NCBI RefSeq assembly: GCF_036321535.1 | Contig: NC_087437.1 | Span: 41,356,001-41,420,000, forward strand | DNA from: Camelus dromedarius | Lineage: Eukaryota | Length of the DNA: 64,000 nucleotides | Direction: 5' to 3' | Part shown: positions 51,891 to 64,000 of the stretch, in pieces | How positions within the stretch are numbered: the stretch's first letter is position 1 | Layout of the letters: every line of letters starts with the position of its first letter | Notes under the pieces: generated by a model | Told to the model about the DNA's origin: nothing | The model's database searches: none | The model's input: only the letters and a program-made list of their open reading frames with translations | Position numbers and translations under genes: made by a program

Positions 51891-54800
51891 GGAAATCTTA
51901 TAATCAATTAAATCAAAAGATAAGTGACCAAAAAAAAGGGTAATCACAAGAAAAACTGGTAAGTTGAATGCTTTAGATAAACAATGTAACATTCTCTTTA
52001 GCTTTGTAAATAACATATAAATCAGCATCCCTCATATAATTTTTTGTTGATTTGTAAAGGTGATTTCACAGTACAGGAACAATTACATAACTAGTCCTTT
52101 GTCAAACTAATCAGTACTTCAATTACTCAAGTAATGGGCATTTAATAAGTTATCAATTCTCTACCCCAATACTTCAGTGAAAACAAAGTAACCCTGAAAC
52201 AATCAAATAAGGCACTTGAACATCTTAATTGGATGACATGTCGGTCTTAAAATTTTTTCTACTCTTAGTTTGCCAATGTATATCTTGAAAAGGCTAAAGA
52301 AACAAATGTACAAAGAACTCCCAAATACCAATTTGGTAAAAGAGCACAACAACACAAATACAGAAGTAACCACTGAGTAAAACAGCAATCTGGAGAAAAT
52401 AGATGCATTTAATTCAAACAACTTCAAAATAGAAATAGAGAAGGTAGCTTTTCTTCCTACTCCATGCAATGGATTATGTTGACTGTGACCAATAACCAAT
52501 GCAAAAGACTGATAGATTTTCTCCTCTACAATTTCTATAGAGCATCCCCAAATTCTATTTTTTAACCAAATTTAATCTCCAGAAGTAAGAAGATGATATC
52601 TTGCTAGGAAACATTACTTTAAATAAAAATTCGCAGTTGTCAAATAGCACTAGTTCAGTAGAACACCAAAAGAGTCAGGCCAGGTTGAGGGTAAGTAAGA
52701 ACTTGAGGAAAACCCTGAGTTCTAGCCAAAGAAATTATTCATCTAACTCCTCAGAAGAACCATAGCTCTACAGAGCTAAGAATGGAAGGGGTTGGAGAAA
52801 ATACAGCTGTTAGTAAAGTTCTGTGTGACCTAAACTTGGTGATAATTTGTTGGACACTACAATATAGGTCGACAAGTATATTTGGGTCTCTAATACCAGG
52901 ACTACAAATACATGAGTTAACAAGTAGGCACTCAATGATCAATGACCAAAGAAGAGCTAGAAGGAAAAAACACAGCATCCACTTGCTACTGGTTCAGTGG
53001 CCGTCGTGGCTGCCAGCAGACAGTCCTTAATCGGAGGGCCTTATGGCTGTTCCATCACACTGCCTCCCTGGATGATGGAAATCAGATATCAGGGCAAGTA
53101 CCTGGCAGAGTTCTGGAGCCAGAGCAACACACTGTCAGGGACTGAGAAGAACCCGGAGCTCTGAGGCATGCAGCAGACATTCCACACACGAATCACAGAC
53201 CAAAGGCTCTCTAAAAAAGACCCCAAAAAGTAACTGGCCAGAGTATGTGACCATGTCCCCATTGTATAGATGGTAAATGGTGGTATCCCAAAGTGTGATA
53301 TTCCTCAATTCACTGAGTCTGTACTAAACATAAGAAATAGCATAGTGAGTGCTGACAAGGATCATAATAGATCCCATGAGACTTGACCTAGAGAAACACG
53401 GGGGGTGGGGGGGTGAGAGGCAGAATAGCAGTGGAGGAAGCCTCCCAGTCACACTTAGTCGGGGGGGAGGGAGGAGTAGAAGAGGACAGGGAGAGTCCCC
53501 TTCAGGTGGTTAAGGGAGGAAAGGTCAGGAGGACTGGGGCTGGGGGAAAGGGGTCTCCACTGGTGTTTAGTGGGTGAAAGGAAAAACAGAAAGGGCTATT
53601 GAGCTGAAAGGAGTAGGAGAAAGAAGTCGAAGAGAACTAGGGTGGCACTCTACAGTGGCTGAAAGGGGGAAGGTGGGCACAGAGGATGATGACAGTCTTG
53701 GCAGGAATGTCACAAAAAGCAAGCAAGCATCCATCCAGATGACCTTCAACAATGCTAAGACTCTATTAAATTTCCATGGTTATCTGTTCTAAATTTAGAA
53801 ACTCTTTTTACTTGTAAAAATGAAAATTGCCTTGTTGCTTTGGTCCATTTTCTCTCATTTTTAATGTAGTGCAGTAGGCAGGGGGAGGGGGGAGACAGTT
53901 GGCCATCATTATTCAAACAGCAATTTTTACTGGGTTCGTAGCACCTTAAACAGCCTGGGAGGGAGACACTCCCCCAGTCCCTGGTTCCCCACTGGCAGAG
54001 AGAGAGAAGGCGAGCAGGGAAGTAGCACTTACCCTCTGCAAATTGGTACTCAGTAAATGCCCTTTAGCAGAAGAGCAGAACTTTTATCTCCGTTTTTCAG
54101 GGGAACAGAAATATCCAAAGGTTTAATGTGTTTAACTTTCATCTAACCAGTATTTTGTGGTTCTTGCTGGGCTTCCCTGAGTGTTCATGTTGAAACACCA
54201 GCATCTCCCAGGATGGAAGGCACATGTGCATCTCAGAGCTGTGAGCTGTGTCCTTCCACCTCATCAGACCCATGTGAGCATCCGTGGTATCATCTCACAA
54301 TCCAGAAAGGAAGGCGTTCAGGTGCCTCCTGCCTACTTCCTGTCTCCAATCCCTCCAGCAATGACGGTTCAGAGTCAGCTTTCATAACCCGCAGTGAACG
54401 ACACACCTACCCTGAAGCACCCATCCTGATACAACAATGTCCAGAAACAGCTGAAGATGAATGAGAAAATCCTCACAGTATGCTGAGAATCATAACAAGA
54501 TACAATTTCCATAAAAATCATTTTGGTGGCAGCTTCTTCCCCAAAAAAGGACAACCTAAACATAATATCTCTCATAGTATGTCTATGTTCTGTACCTGGG
54601 ATAAACTCTATTTCTCCGTTAAATAGAAGGGAGAGGAAAAGTCTACCTAGGGAACTAAAATACCACACTAGGTTTTTTTTCCCCCACTCAATTTGGGCAA
54701 TTTTGCAAAAGTGGATCATTTATTTAAGGAAGCCTTGACTTCCTCATCTTATTTAATAAGGAAAGCTTTAGCTTCAAGGAAGGAAGGGGACCACAGTGGG

Positions 54801-54944
54801 TCATTCAGCCACAAAGGGAAGCTTTGACAAGGGTGGGCGCCAAGCAAAGCCACTCCAACACGGGAGCTTGGGGAAAGGGGTGTCAGACTCATTCTGCCTC
54901 TAAGATCATTACTTGGTGTCCCAAGACGGAGATTCTCTACTCTC

Positions 54945-55150
54945 TGGGACAGAGGACACCAGAAAGCAGGCAGATCTGGATGAAATCTGGCTCTGGCCGT
55001 CATCAGCTACCTCAGTTGTGTTCACCTTCCCAAGCCCCAGTTCCTTCGATGGGCAGATGAGGACAGTAACAGTACCTACCTCAGGGGGTTGCTGTGACAA
55101 TAAATGAAGTGACATATTAAATATTCTGACACGCACCAGACATAGAACAC
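54945..55150 (+). mobile_element. MIR SINE
   Basis: acagtacctacctcagggggttgctgtgacaataaatga. Confidence 0.7.
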
Positions 55151-56571
55151 GTACCAGCCCTCTTCCACCTCCCCTTACCTCCCCTCTGGCAGAACCCAGA
55201 CCAGTAGGATGGCCAGAGAAACATCTCTAAATTTCACTCTCCTTGACTGCAAACTGATGAAGGCGACTGCATATGAAAGCTTGAAATCGATATGCCAATG
55301 TTAGGAAATATTGTTGTTAGCACCAATCAGCACTTCTCCCACACAACTGAATTTCATGGAGTAAAAGTAAGAAGTATCTCTTAGGCAGTTTCTGTGTCCC
55401 CCACTGTTTACTGCTAAATGTTGATACACTTTTATATTAGTATCCTCCAAGGGGGACCAAACTGTGCTTTATAGCTATTTTCATTTTCATTTCGTGCTTT
55501 TAATTAATGCTTTTATTTCTGTGCTCATACTCCGGGGTAAAATTTGAGAAAACCAGAATATGAAATGCTAAAGACAAATACTAACAGGCAACAACTTGAT
55601 ACCCGCTTATCCTTGCACCAAGATCCAAAAGGAGCTGGATATTTGTAAAACAAATAGTGGGACTGAAAACAGAAAAAATAAACAAGCAAAAATGAGAGTC
55701 AAGAACAAAAGCACTGTGAGTTCCTCTGCAGTGACACTTGCCTTACAATCCTCAACACCCAGCAAAGTGCTGGGTACTTTCTCTGCCTGGAGGACAACAT
55801 GACTTCGATCTACCAACACCTATGGATGAAAAGAAAAAAGCTAAACACTAAATCTGAAAGGTACTAACATTATTTTACTGATATGTATTTCCACTAACTG
55901 ACTCATAGAAGGGCCCCATGTAAATTTATGGTCTTCAACTCCAAGCTGTTGAAAATAAACAGACTCCCCAAAAGGTCTCCATAACCCACCTTGTGCATAT
56001 GGTTGAGATGATGAACTTGATGGACTTAGACAAAGCCTAGGATGGGACCTTATCCTGTGGTCCCCTATACACCTCACACGCCACATGGGGTTTCAGAGGA
56101 AGCTAGTCACTCTGAATTGTCTTTTCATTCATGGCAAATCTTAAAAAAAAAAAAATCAAACGCCTAACTTCTGGAGTTTTCTCTCTCTCTCCATTTTTTA
56201 GCACAAGCAGCATTTTTTCTTAATTTCTAATCATTTTTACTCCCTCCTTTCTGCCAATATCGACCTGTCCCAGTGTTTCTTCTGGCCAGGGCAGCACTAG
56301 CTTTGCATGGACGTCATGCCAGAGGAATGGAAATTGATAGTCACCACAGTTTTGTACAAACAAGTAGGGTGAAGTTAAATAAAAAGAAATTAAAATCTGG
56401 ATAAGGAGCAGTAATTTACACAGGGGTCTCTGGTTCTCTAGGAAACTCAAAAGAACCCTGGTAGTATCAGCCTAAAGAGGTCCCAGGACTGGCTATAGAA
56501 ACAGAAATACCGAATTCCGGATCATCAAAGAATCTTTTCTCCTCCAACAGTAAAGAATAAAAAAACACTTC

Positions 56572-57031
56572 CTCGTTCTGGTTATCTACTGCTGGATAAC
56601 TAATTACCCCAAAACTTACTGGCTTAAAATAACATCTTTTTTTTATTATCTTTCATGGTTCTAGGGGCTCGCTCTTCCCAGCTAAAGCTGGAATCACCCA
56701 AAGGCTTCTCACTCACACCTGGCATCTGGCAGAGATGGTTGGTTGGCATCTCTTTTCCACGCAACCTCTCCAAACAAGTCTCCCGAGCTTCCTCACAGCA
56801 TGGTCGCCCCAGAGAACTCGGACTTCTCACAGGGCAGCTGGCTTCCCACAGAGCAAGTGCTCCAATACACAACAAGTGGAGGCTGAATTCTCTTGCAGCC
56901 TTTGCCCAAATAACTGGCACAGAGTCACTTTTGTCATATTTTACAAGGCAAAGCAGTCAACAAACCCACTCGAATTCAAAAGGAAGAAGGTACAGGAGCT
57001 GTGAATTTGAAGCCAGCATTAACACACCATG
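56572..57031 (-). mobile_element. MLT1 (H-like) MaLR solo LTR
   Basis: gttatctactgctggataactaattaccccaaaacttactggcttaaaataaca...gcttcctcacagcatgg...ggacttctcacagggcagctggcttccc. Confidence 0.8.
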
Positions 57032-57638
57032 CTCAGAGAGCCTTGCGTGGTCTCCATCACAAACAAAGGGCTGACGGCAGAGTGAGCGCCGGGGGATCAG
57101 ACTTGCGCACTTGCAAGTGCTCACGCCCCCAGGACATCATAATCTTAGTGCTGGGAGATTGGAAGAGGCATTGGTCAACTGTGCGAGTTAGCTATTTACA
57201 GTGTTTTCATTTCACTGCCAATCTCTAGGGCTGGGGAAGTTATTAGAAAGAAAGAGAGGTAGAAGAATTGGCTCTAATCACTGGCAATCATCAAATTTAC
57301 ATATTTATTGCAAGTGTTTTAATGTCTTCTGGGTTTACAAAAAATGTCATTAGTATTTTCATGAAGGTGCAATAGATTTCGTTTCAAATTTTGATTGCTT
57401 AAGACTTCACTGCTCATCTTCTGCTGGTCTTCCAAGTGGAAATGAATGGATAATTAGTACAGGACAAACAGATTTGCAGAACATTAGCAAAGCAAACTTG
57501 TGTTTGAATTCCTGTTGTGAATAGTCATTGAGGTGAGCAGGAAGACTCTGGGTAATTTTACATTAAAACTAGAACTCAATCTTACCAGTATTAGAGAATA
57601 TATCTGTATACAAAAACTGCTCATTAAAGCCAGGCAAG

Positions 57639-57851
57639 GGGGGAGGGTGTAGCTCAGTGGTAGAGTGCGTGCTTAGCATGCACGAGGTCCTGGGTTCAAT
57701 CCCCAGTACCTCCTCTAAAACTAAATAAATAGATAAACCTAATTACCTCCTCCCCCCACCAAAAAAAGAATGCATATTGTTTAAGTCAATAGATTCAAAA
57801 CAGGATTTCAACATGTAATCAATTAAAGAAATTAAATTAAAATTTAAAAAA
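57639..57851 (+). mobile_element. Camelid tRNA-Ala-derived SINE (vic-1-like) with 3' extension, flanked by a degenerate target-site duplication
   Basis: The head gagggtgtagctcagtggtagagtgcgtgcttagcatgcacgaggtcctgggttcaatccccagtacctcc closely follows tRNA-Ala(AGC), with intact A and B boxes. An A-rich/C-rich body follows. Flanks taaagccaggcaag (57625-57638) and tgaacccaggcaag (57852-57865) match at 12/14. Confidence 0.88.
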
Positions 57852-58584
57852 TGAACCCAGGCAAGAAAGAAGTAACTCCTAGAAAGGCCAACTTAGCAAT
57901 GACACCAAAGCTTATCCCCACCAGTGACTCCTTAATGAATATCCCCGGCATTCCAGGCCTTAGAACACACAAAGGACAAGGCGAGGAGTTTTCAGTTTTA
58001 GATGACTAGCAAACCCTGTGGGGATTGGTTCTCTCTGAATCCTTTGTCTTCCCCCTTCCTGCTAACTGCAACCAAGTAGGTAGCTTTTCTGCCAGGCTTG
58101 TCTGGTTATATAATAGCCTGTTTCAAATTTGCTGAGTGACTTCTTCAGAAATCTCAAACCATCTTGAGGAGACTTGAGTTTGTCCTTGCTGCTCGAGGTC
58201 AAAATAAGATAGGACAAGCTCTAGTAACTCTTTTCACTTTGGGGAGAGAGGCAGTTCTCGACCGCTGAGGACAAGTCAGGACCGCATGACAGTGAGGCAA
58301 CATCAAGGCCTTCTTGCTTCGCTGGCTTTAATAGCCAGAGTTCAACACGGAGCAGCAGCTTATGACCACTGTGGGCAGCATCAACGGGGAAACTGGGTTA
58401 AGAAAATCCCAAGGAAAAAAAAGACAGCTTAATTAGAGCTTTCAAATTAATATGCACAAACTGGAATGAATTTCCAAAGATGTTCCTTTTTCCTTTGTGC
58501 CAGGATTGAAGCCTTTTTCTGAGCACCAGAAAGTTACAGCCAATAGAAGCATTTGGTGAGAGAAAATAATAATAAAACATTAAT

Positions 58585-58950
58585 CATCAAAAAGCTATGA
58601 ATTGAGCCCTTATAATATTTGCCAGGTGGACACTAGGACTATCCCCATTTACAAATGAGGAAAATAAGGCACCAGTACGTTTAATAACCTGCCCAAAAGC
58701 ACTTAGCAAGCAAGGGGGGGGCGAGGGCAGGACTGGCCAACAATGAAGTCCAAACTCTGAACTACCACAAGTGCAGAAGAAGAAACAGGAGTTCTCCCAA
58801 CCCCACCAATTACTGTACTGGTTATGTGTCTTCAGTTGTTAACCTCTCTCAGCCTCAGTTTCCTTACCAGCAAAACAGAGATAACTCTGAATTCTTTCAG
58901 TTGCTGTGAATTCCCAGAATCGGTTTTCAACACACGATAGCTATTTTTAT
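58585..58950. mobile_element. Two MIR fragments, minus strand then plus strand
   Basis: atccccatttacaaatgaggaaaataaggcac (-); ttaacctctctcagcctcagtttcctt (+). Confidence 0.7.
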
Positions 58951-59299
58951 TATGCAGGCCAAAGGGAGCCCGGTCAGGCTAACAAAAAGGAATCACAGGA
59001 ATGAGGAGGAAACCTAGAGGCATCAGGGACTGGAACACCCCTTGCCCAGCTCAGCAGGGAGCCTGTGCCTTAGAGAAGGGCTCCCTCTCCACAGCCCCGT
59101 CCCGCCTTTGCACGTGCACCGGGCGTAACTCAGAGAGTGTGTGGTGCCCTTGTCTGTAATTCAAGGAAAAAGTTAGATTTTCCTTTTCCCTCGAGATACA
59201 TAAACATATAATAACATCATACAAAAATATATTTTGACTCATACCCAATCTTATCAACTCCAGTAGGTCCTTACGTCTGATTCCAAATGAAGTCCTCTT

Positions 59300-60135
59300 C
59301 CCACACAGCTCTCATTAAATCACTAGCTGGCCTCAGACCAGGATCTTCAATGTTAACAGAGTAAAAATCCAGGCTCTGCGTGCGGTCTGGCCACCTCTGC
59401 TAAGCAGCAGAGATTCCGGCTTCTGTTCTAACCCTGTCTTCCCTTAGGCCTCATCTGGAACTCTCCTTTTAGGAAAGACAGGGCCACTCAGCCCACCTGT
59501 CCCTGGCCACATGTGCCTCTCTCCTTCCCACCTCTGGATCTGCACTGGCCGGTTCCCCAGAGCACCAGCTCCTGTTCATTTTCACCCATTCCAGTCCCCT
59601 CCATCTTCCAAGTCCTTGCTCAAGGGACCCCTCTTCCAAAAATCCTCCTGATACGCTCTGAAAGTTCATGTCCTTGCCAAAATTCATACGTTGACATCCT
59701 AACCCCCAAGGTGATGATATTAGGAAGTGGGCCTTTGGGGAAGTGACTAGGTCAAGAGAATGGGCCTCATGAATGAGATTAGTGCTCTTAGAAAAAGAAA
59801 GCCCAGAAGGCTCCCTTGTCCCTTTCATCATGGGAAGATGCTAGAAGTCTATGACTGGTAAGAGAGCCCTCACCAACGCTGGTGCCCTCAGCTCAGGGTA
59901 AGGCATATCTGTTGTTTATAAGCTACCCAACCTGTGGTGTTTGCTTACACCAGCCTAAACAAACTTGACACCCCCCATGACCAGTTCTGCTCCAAGTAAT
60001 CCATTCTCCTGCTCCTCTAAATTCCTATAGATACAGCCTTCTCCTCTCTACTGCACATATACATGGTTCAGTATTGCTGTGTAACTTCCCTTAGAGAACA
60101 CTCTTCTCCCTGCAGTGAGTCCATACACAACTTGA
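59300..60135 (+). mobile_element. L2 fragment split by MLT1A
   Basis: cagagtaaaaatccaggctc...ccatcttccaagtccttgctcaagggacccctcttcc before the LTR; the L2-like sequence resumes after 59970. Confidence 0.6.
59649..59970 (+). mobile_element. MLT1A/MLT1A0 MaLR solo LTR
   Basis: TG...CA termini; ccaaaattcatacgttgacatcctaacccccaaggtgatgatattaggaagtgggcctttgggg...ctgttgtttataagctaccca; 5-bp flanks cctcc and ccccc. Confidence 0.9.
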
Positions 60136-60365
60136 GAGAGCATGTGTGGTTAAGGGTACAGGTTTGCAGTTGGCCCATCTGAAGTCACACCCCAGCTCTG
60201 CAATCTTCCAGCGCTGTGAGCTTGGGCCAGCTACTTAACCTCTCTAAGTAGTACTTTCTTCCCCTATAAACTGGGGTAATAATACTAGTTACCTTCTGTG
60301 GTTTGGGGGAGGATTCCTGCCAGGGACATATAAGTGCTTAGTAATGTCAACTATAATTATTATCA
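60135..60365 (+). mobile_element. MIR SINE
   Basis: gtggttaagggtacagg...gctgtgagcttgggccagctacttaacctctctaag...ctataaactggggtaataatact. Confidence 0.8.
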
Positions 60366-61429
60366 CTATCCATTTCTCATGCACATTTCTATCCTCCAGA
60401 GCACCAACAATCTATTTCTCTGTCTACCTACCTATGCATCCATCCATCCAGCCAGCCAGCTAGCCAGCCATCTTTCCACCTATCTATGTTAGACACTCAA
60501 TGAAGGTTGCCAATTGCCTCATTTAGATGCACCAATCGTCTCAAATTTCCATTTCTCCAAGAAACACGAAGCTATTCCTAGTTTTATAATCGGGCACTGA
60601 AACTCAAGAAGATTCTCCAGATAGGATCTCATACTGAGCATGCTGATTTCCAGGAGGCTGAAATGGGAGTGAAAAGTGATCATTTCCTTACTTCGGATAT
60701 GCCAGTTTGAAGAACAGCTGAATAATTCATTAGGTCCTTTAAGGTGCACTGATCAGATTCTGCTCTTTGAGAAGCATTTTACCTTGAAGTAACTATTTGT
60801 CATTCCCCTTTCAAATGAGAGGTAGATAATAGACCGCTTCTGTTTAGTGAAACTATAATAAAGGTCTAAATGATAATAATACCTTAGACTTGCAGAGTGC
60901 ATCACAGCTTATAAAGCGCATTCATATCCATCATCCCCTTCCATCTTTCCAGCAGCCCCATCAAACACCCAGAGGGCTAATCTCAGTGTGATAAATGGGA
61001 ATGCTCAGGAAGGTTCAGGTTCAAGAGCTTTCCCACATGCCAGTTCGATGGTTCGAATCTTCCAACTCCTAGTTCATTGCTTCTTTTACGGCACCACAGG
61101 ATTTAAAACCATCTGCACATCTTTACAAAGTGATGCCCAGCTGGAAAGAATGGAACCCACTGCTAATTTGTATTCTGGCTAAAGTACCCGTACTAGCACC
61201 TCGGAGATAGGAATGAAAAGGGAAATTGTCGAATGGTATGTAATGCAGTTTTATACCACATGAGACTAAGTCGGAGACCTCAATTCAAAGTCTATTTTCA
61301 CACTAGCCATTTTCAGGGTTTTCTTGCAGGAAGATAGGTGTACACAGCTCCAGCCTGCAGGAATTTCCTGTTACCATACTTAGGAGGGGCCGCATTTGAA
61401 TACTCTTCCAACACAGCCAGTGTTCTGCC

Positions 61430-61815
61430 AGGCTCCCCTCACTCACTGCCCTCCAGCTGCCCCACCAGTTTCCTGTCATGCAGAGGATGCTCCATCTGAA
61501 CACCTATTCAGGGGGCATTCCCACTGCATGGCCTACTGCCTCAGGTCATTCACACCTCTGTATAAATACCACTTCGGAGAGACCCTTAGCCCATCTCATC
61601 TCATCAACATCCCCCACATACTCTGTAACCACTTTCCATCCTGTTTCATCAAAGTACTTAACACTATTTGGCATCTGACAGATTTTTCTCTGTTCATAAA
61701 TGGTCTCCCCACTAGAACGTAAGCTCCCAGGAGGGCAGATCTTTGTATAGTTCACCAGCACTTAGAATAATGCCTGATAATAGGAAGCTCCCAATGAATA
61801 CACGTTGAACGAGGG
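61430..61815 (+). mobile_element. L2 3' portion
   Basis: ggtctccccactagaacgtaagctcccaggagggcaga...ttagaataatgcctga...ctcccaatgaatacacgttgaa. Confidence 0.75.
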
Positions 61816-62199
61816 AACACAGCCTATAAATTTCTCCGTTTAAAACCTCTACTTCTTCCAATCTGAAAAGATTCTTACACATGAAACCAAAAGAACAAAA
61901 CCCAATCTCACAACTAGGACAGGTATGAAGAAAAATTAGTGCTATGGATGGGACATAGAACCAGTAGGCAGAATCCCTGGGACCAGAACAACCACGATTT
62001 CAACTGTTACAAATAGGTTCCGTCACTGGATCTAACGCCATTCAGTTGATAACAGATTAATGACCAACACAACTCTTCTACCCCCACCAATTGGCCTCTC
62101 ACTGCCTAAGGCAATTCCATCACATGCCTCAGGCTAGCCTTCTGCAAAGAGGTCCAAGTCATTTCTTGGATTTTGTATATATGACAGTAAATTGGCATT

Positions 62200-62525
62200 C
62201 ATCAAGTGAGAAGAGAACAATGTGACATCACATGCTCCAATCTGATGCAATAATAACTACTCAACATTGACCATGAAGTATCCTTGCTAAAAATATTTAA
62301 CCTGAAAGTAATTATAAGAGAATCATCACATGTCCAGAATGCAGGACATTCCACAAGACAACTGGTCAGGACTTCTAAAAAAAATTATGCCAGAAAGAAC
62401 AAACAAGACAGGAAGGCTCTCCTAGATTAAAAATAAAATAAAATACAACACTCGGTTTGATCCTGGATTGGGTAAACATAGCTATAAAACTGAGAAACTA
62501 GAAAGTTGAATATGGACTGCGTAGT
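62200..62525 (+). mobile_element. L1MC/ME-type 3' UTR fragment
   Basis: aagtatccttgctaaaaatatttaacctgaa...ggacattccacaagacaactggtcaggactt...gatcctggattgg...ttgaatatggactg. Confidence 0.75.
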
Positions 62526-62829
62526 TTACAAAAGCTTTATCAGCTGCACCTATTTACTCTATTTTACTTAAAGCCAAGATCCAATTTAGCATCAGTCACC
62601 CCTACAAGTATTATTATGTATTTTCTGTATAAATCATGTCCTTCTCCAGTTACATACATCTGGTCACAGTGAGATCTGTATCCTGAGTTCAACAGGGCTT
62701 AGCCTCCACAGGGCATCTTTAATGCTAATTGGAGGAGACAGGCCTTGTAAATCCTTATTTACAAGATGCAATCTGTATTTCCTAAGCCTGTCTGCCTTTT
62801 ACATTTCTATTATTCTTTTTGTGTGTTTC

Positions 62830-63035
62830 TCCCTCTCTCTTCCTCCCTCTCACTCTACTCTCCCTCTCCTTTCTCTCTCACCGTTAACATTTAGTATACT
62901 TCTTGTTAAATACTACTTCAACCACTAAATTGTAAATTCTTTGAAAGTAGAAATGATACCTGGTTAACCTTGGCATTCCTTGAGGCTAACATAATGCCTC
63001 ACATACAGTATGTAGATAAAAGGTGGTTGTTGAAT
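62830..63035 (+). mobile_element. L2 3' end
   Basis: ccactaaattgtaaattctttgaaagtagaaa...ctaacataatgcctcacatacagta...ttgttgaat. Confidence 0.7.
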
Positions 63036-64000
63036 TTTTTAAATTACTGTACTTTAGACTGTGTGATGACTATTAATTTGCTTGAATTTTTACATGATCC
63101 TGAATCTCTCTGTGCTACAAAAGATATTGAAGAACTAATGTATCTTTCATATTTTGCAACTTTCATTCAATTGCCAAGCCTCTTATATATTTCATGAAAT
63201 GTTTAACAATAAAACTACCCTTCAGATCTTAAAAAAATATTTTTGAAGACATTGGAAAATCAAGACATTCTTTCCATGTATAAAAATTCAACGTGACTCA
63301 ATAAGTCAGTATCACGCCTTATTTCAAATTGAGATGGCATTACGAACATTTAGTATGATCTTCTGAATACTCTGCTAACAAAGCTTATTTCACCAAATCG
63401 TCCCCACATCATGATTTATACACCTTTCCCCATTCACATCGACTGTATCTTCACTCACCCTCTTCAATGAGAAATTTTACAGTTGCTTATTTCTTTAGTA
63501 CTTATTGAATTGATTCCAGTATTGTGAAAGGTGTTATAACATTTAAAAATCATTTAACTTTCTGCTTTTCATCTCACACCTTGCTTTTTTAATTTCCATT
63601 TCCATTTGTGAATCTTGACATTTGTAAGTGTCCTGGATCATCAGGCTCTGAAACATTCCACATTCTACTTTACTGAAATCAGACTGCTTGCTGAGCTTCA
63701 ACAATTATCTTTCTTTTACTACTAATATCCTTTGTGGCCATCTCCAAGACCACTGCCTTTGCTGGGGTCTCATGCACCCCCTTCCTATAATCAAAATGTT
63801 TTGCACGGCAAGCTTTCTCCAAGGCCACATAGCATATCCCAAAGAATTACAATGACCTAGTTCCAGAGTGTCACTCCAGATAGATTTCAGCCAGAGGCAA
63901 ACAATATACAAAGCATCTTTCCTTCAGCAACTGAGCCTCATTTCTAAGAACTGCTCCCTCTCTGAGAGGATAAGCCGGTGGAAATCAAGCCCTGAGAGAA

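Noticed and set aside
56624..57074. Stack of overlapping ORFs up to 139 aa
   Set aside because: They lie within an MLT1 LTR and have no coding features.
57107..57120. 14-bp perfect palindrome GCACTTGCAAGTGC
   Set aside because: About four palindromes of this size are expected by chance in 64 kb (64000/4^7), and nothing else supports it.
57643..57714. Apparent tRNA-Ala(AGC) gene
   Set aside because: It is the head of a SINE: it continues into an A-rich body with no T4 terminator, is flanked by a target-site duplication, and has stem mismatches.

Overview
This is mammalian genomic DNA, most likely camelid (alpaca/llama/camel), inferred from a tRNA-Ala-derived SINE and young L1 3' ends. The window lies inside a large gene transcribed on the minus strand. 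Its only supportable coding sequence is a 66-nt exon at 17615-17680 (-) encoding [22 protein letters not shown], the N-terminal kinase segment with the Gly-rich loop of TNIK (exon 2). By inference 17681-64000 is intron 1 and 1-17614 is intron 2. The rest is intron filled with decayed transposons (MIR, L2, L3/CR1, L1/HAL1, MaLR/ERVL/ERV1 solo LTRs, hAT-Charlie and Tigger MITEs) plus microsatellites. None of the ORFs in the track looks like a real gene, and I see no evidence for a novel multi-gene system. The best observations are small-scale: a SINE that appears to have carried along a MER33-like 3' read-through segment, a 20-nt insert between 18-bp direct repeats, several nested insertions, a sense L1 near the exon with no poly(A) signal, and GC-shifted patches. 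Repeat family names come from remembered consensus sequences, not from a search, and repeat boundaries are approximate unless exact motifs are quoted.
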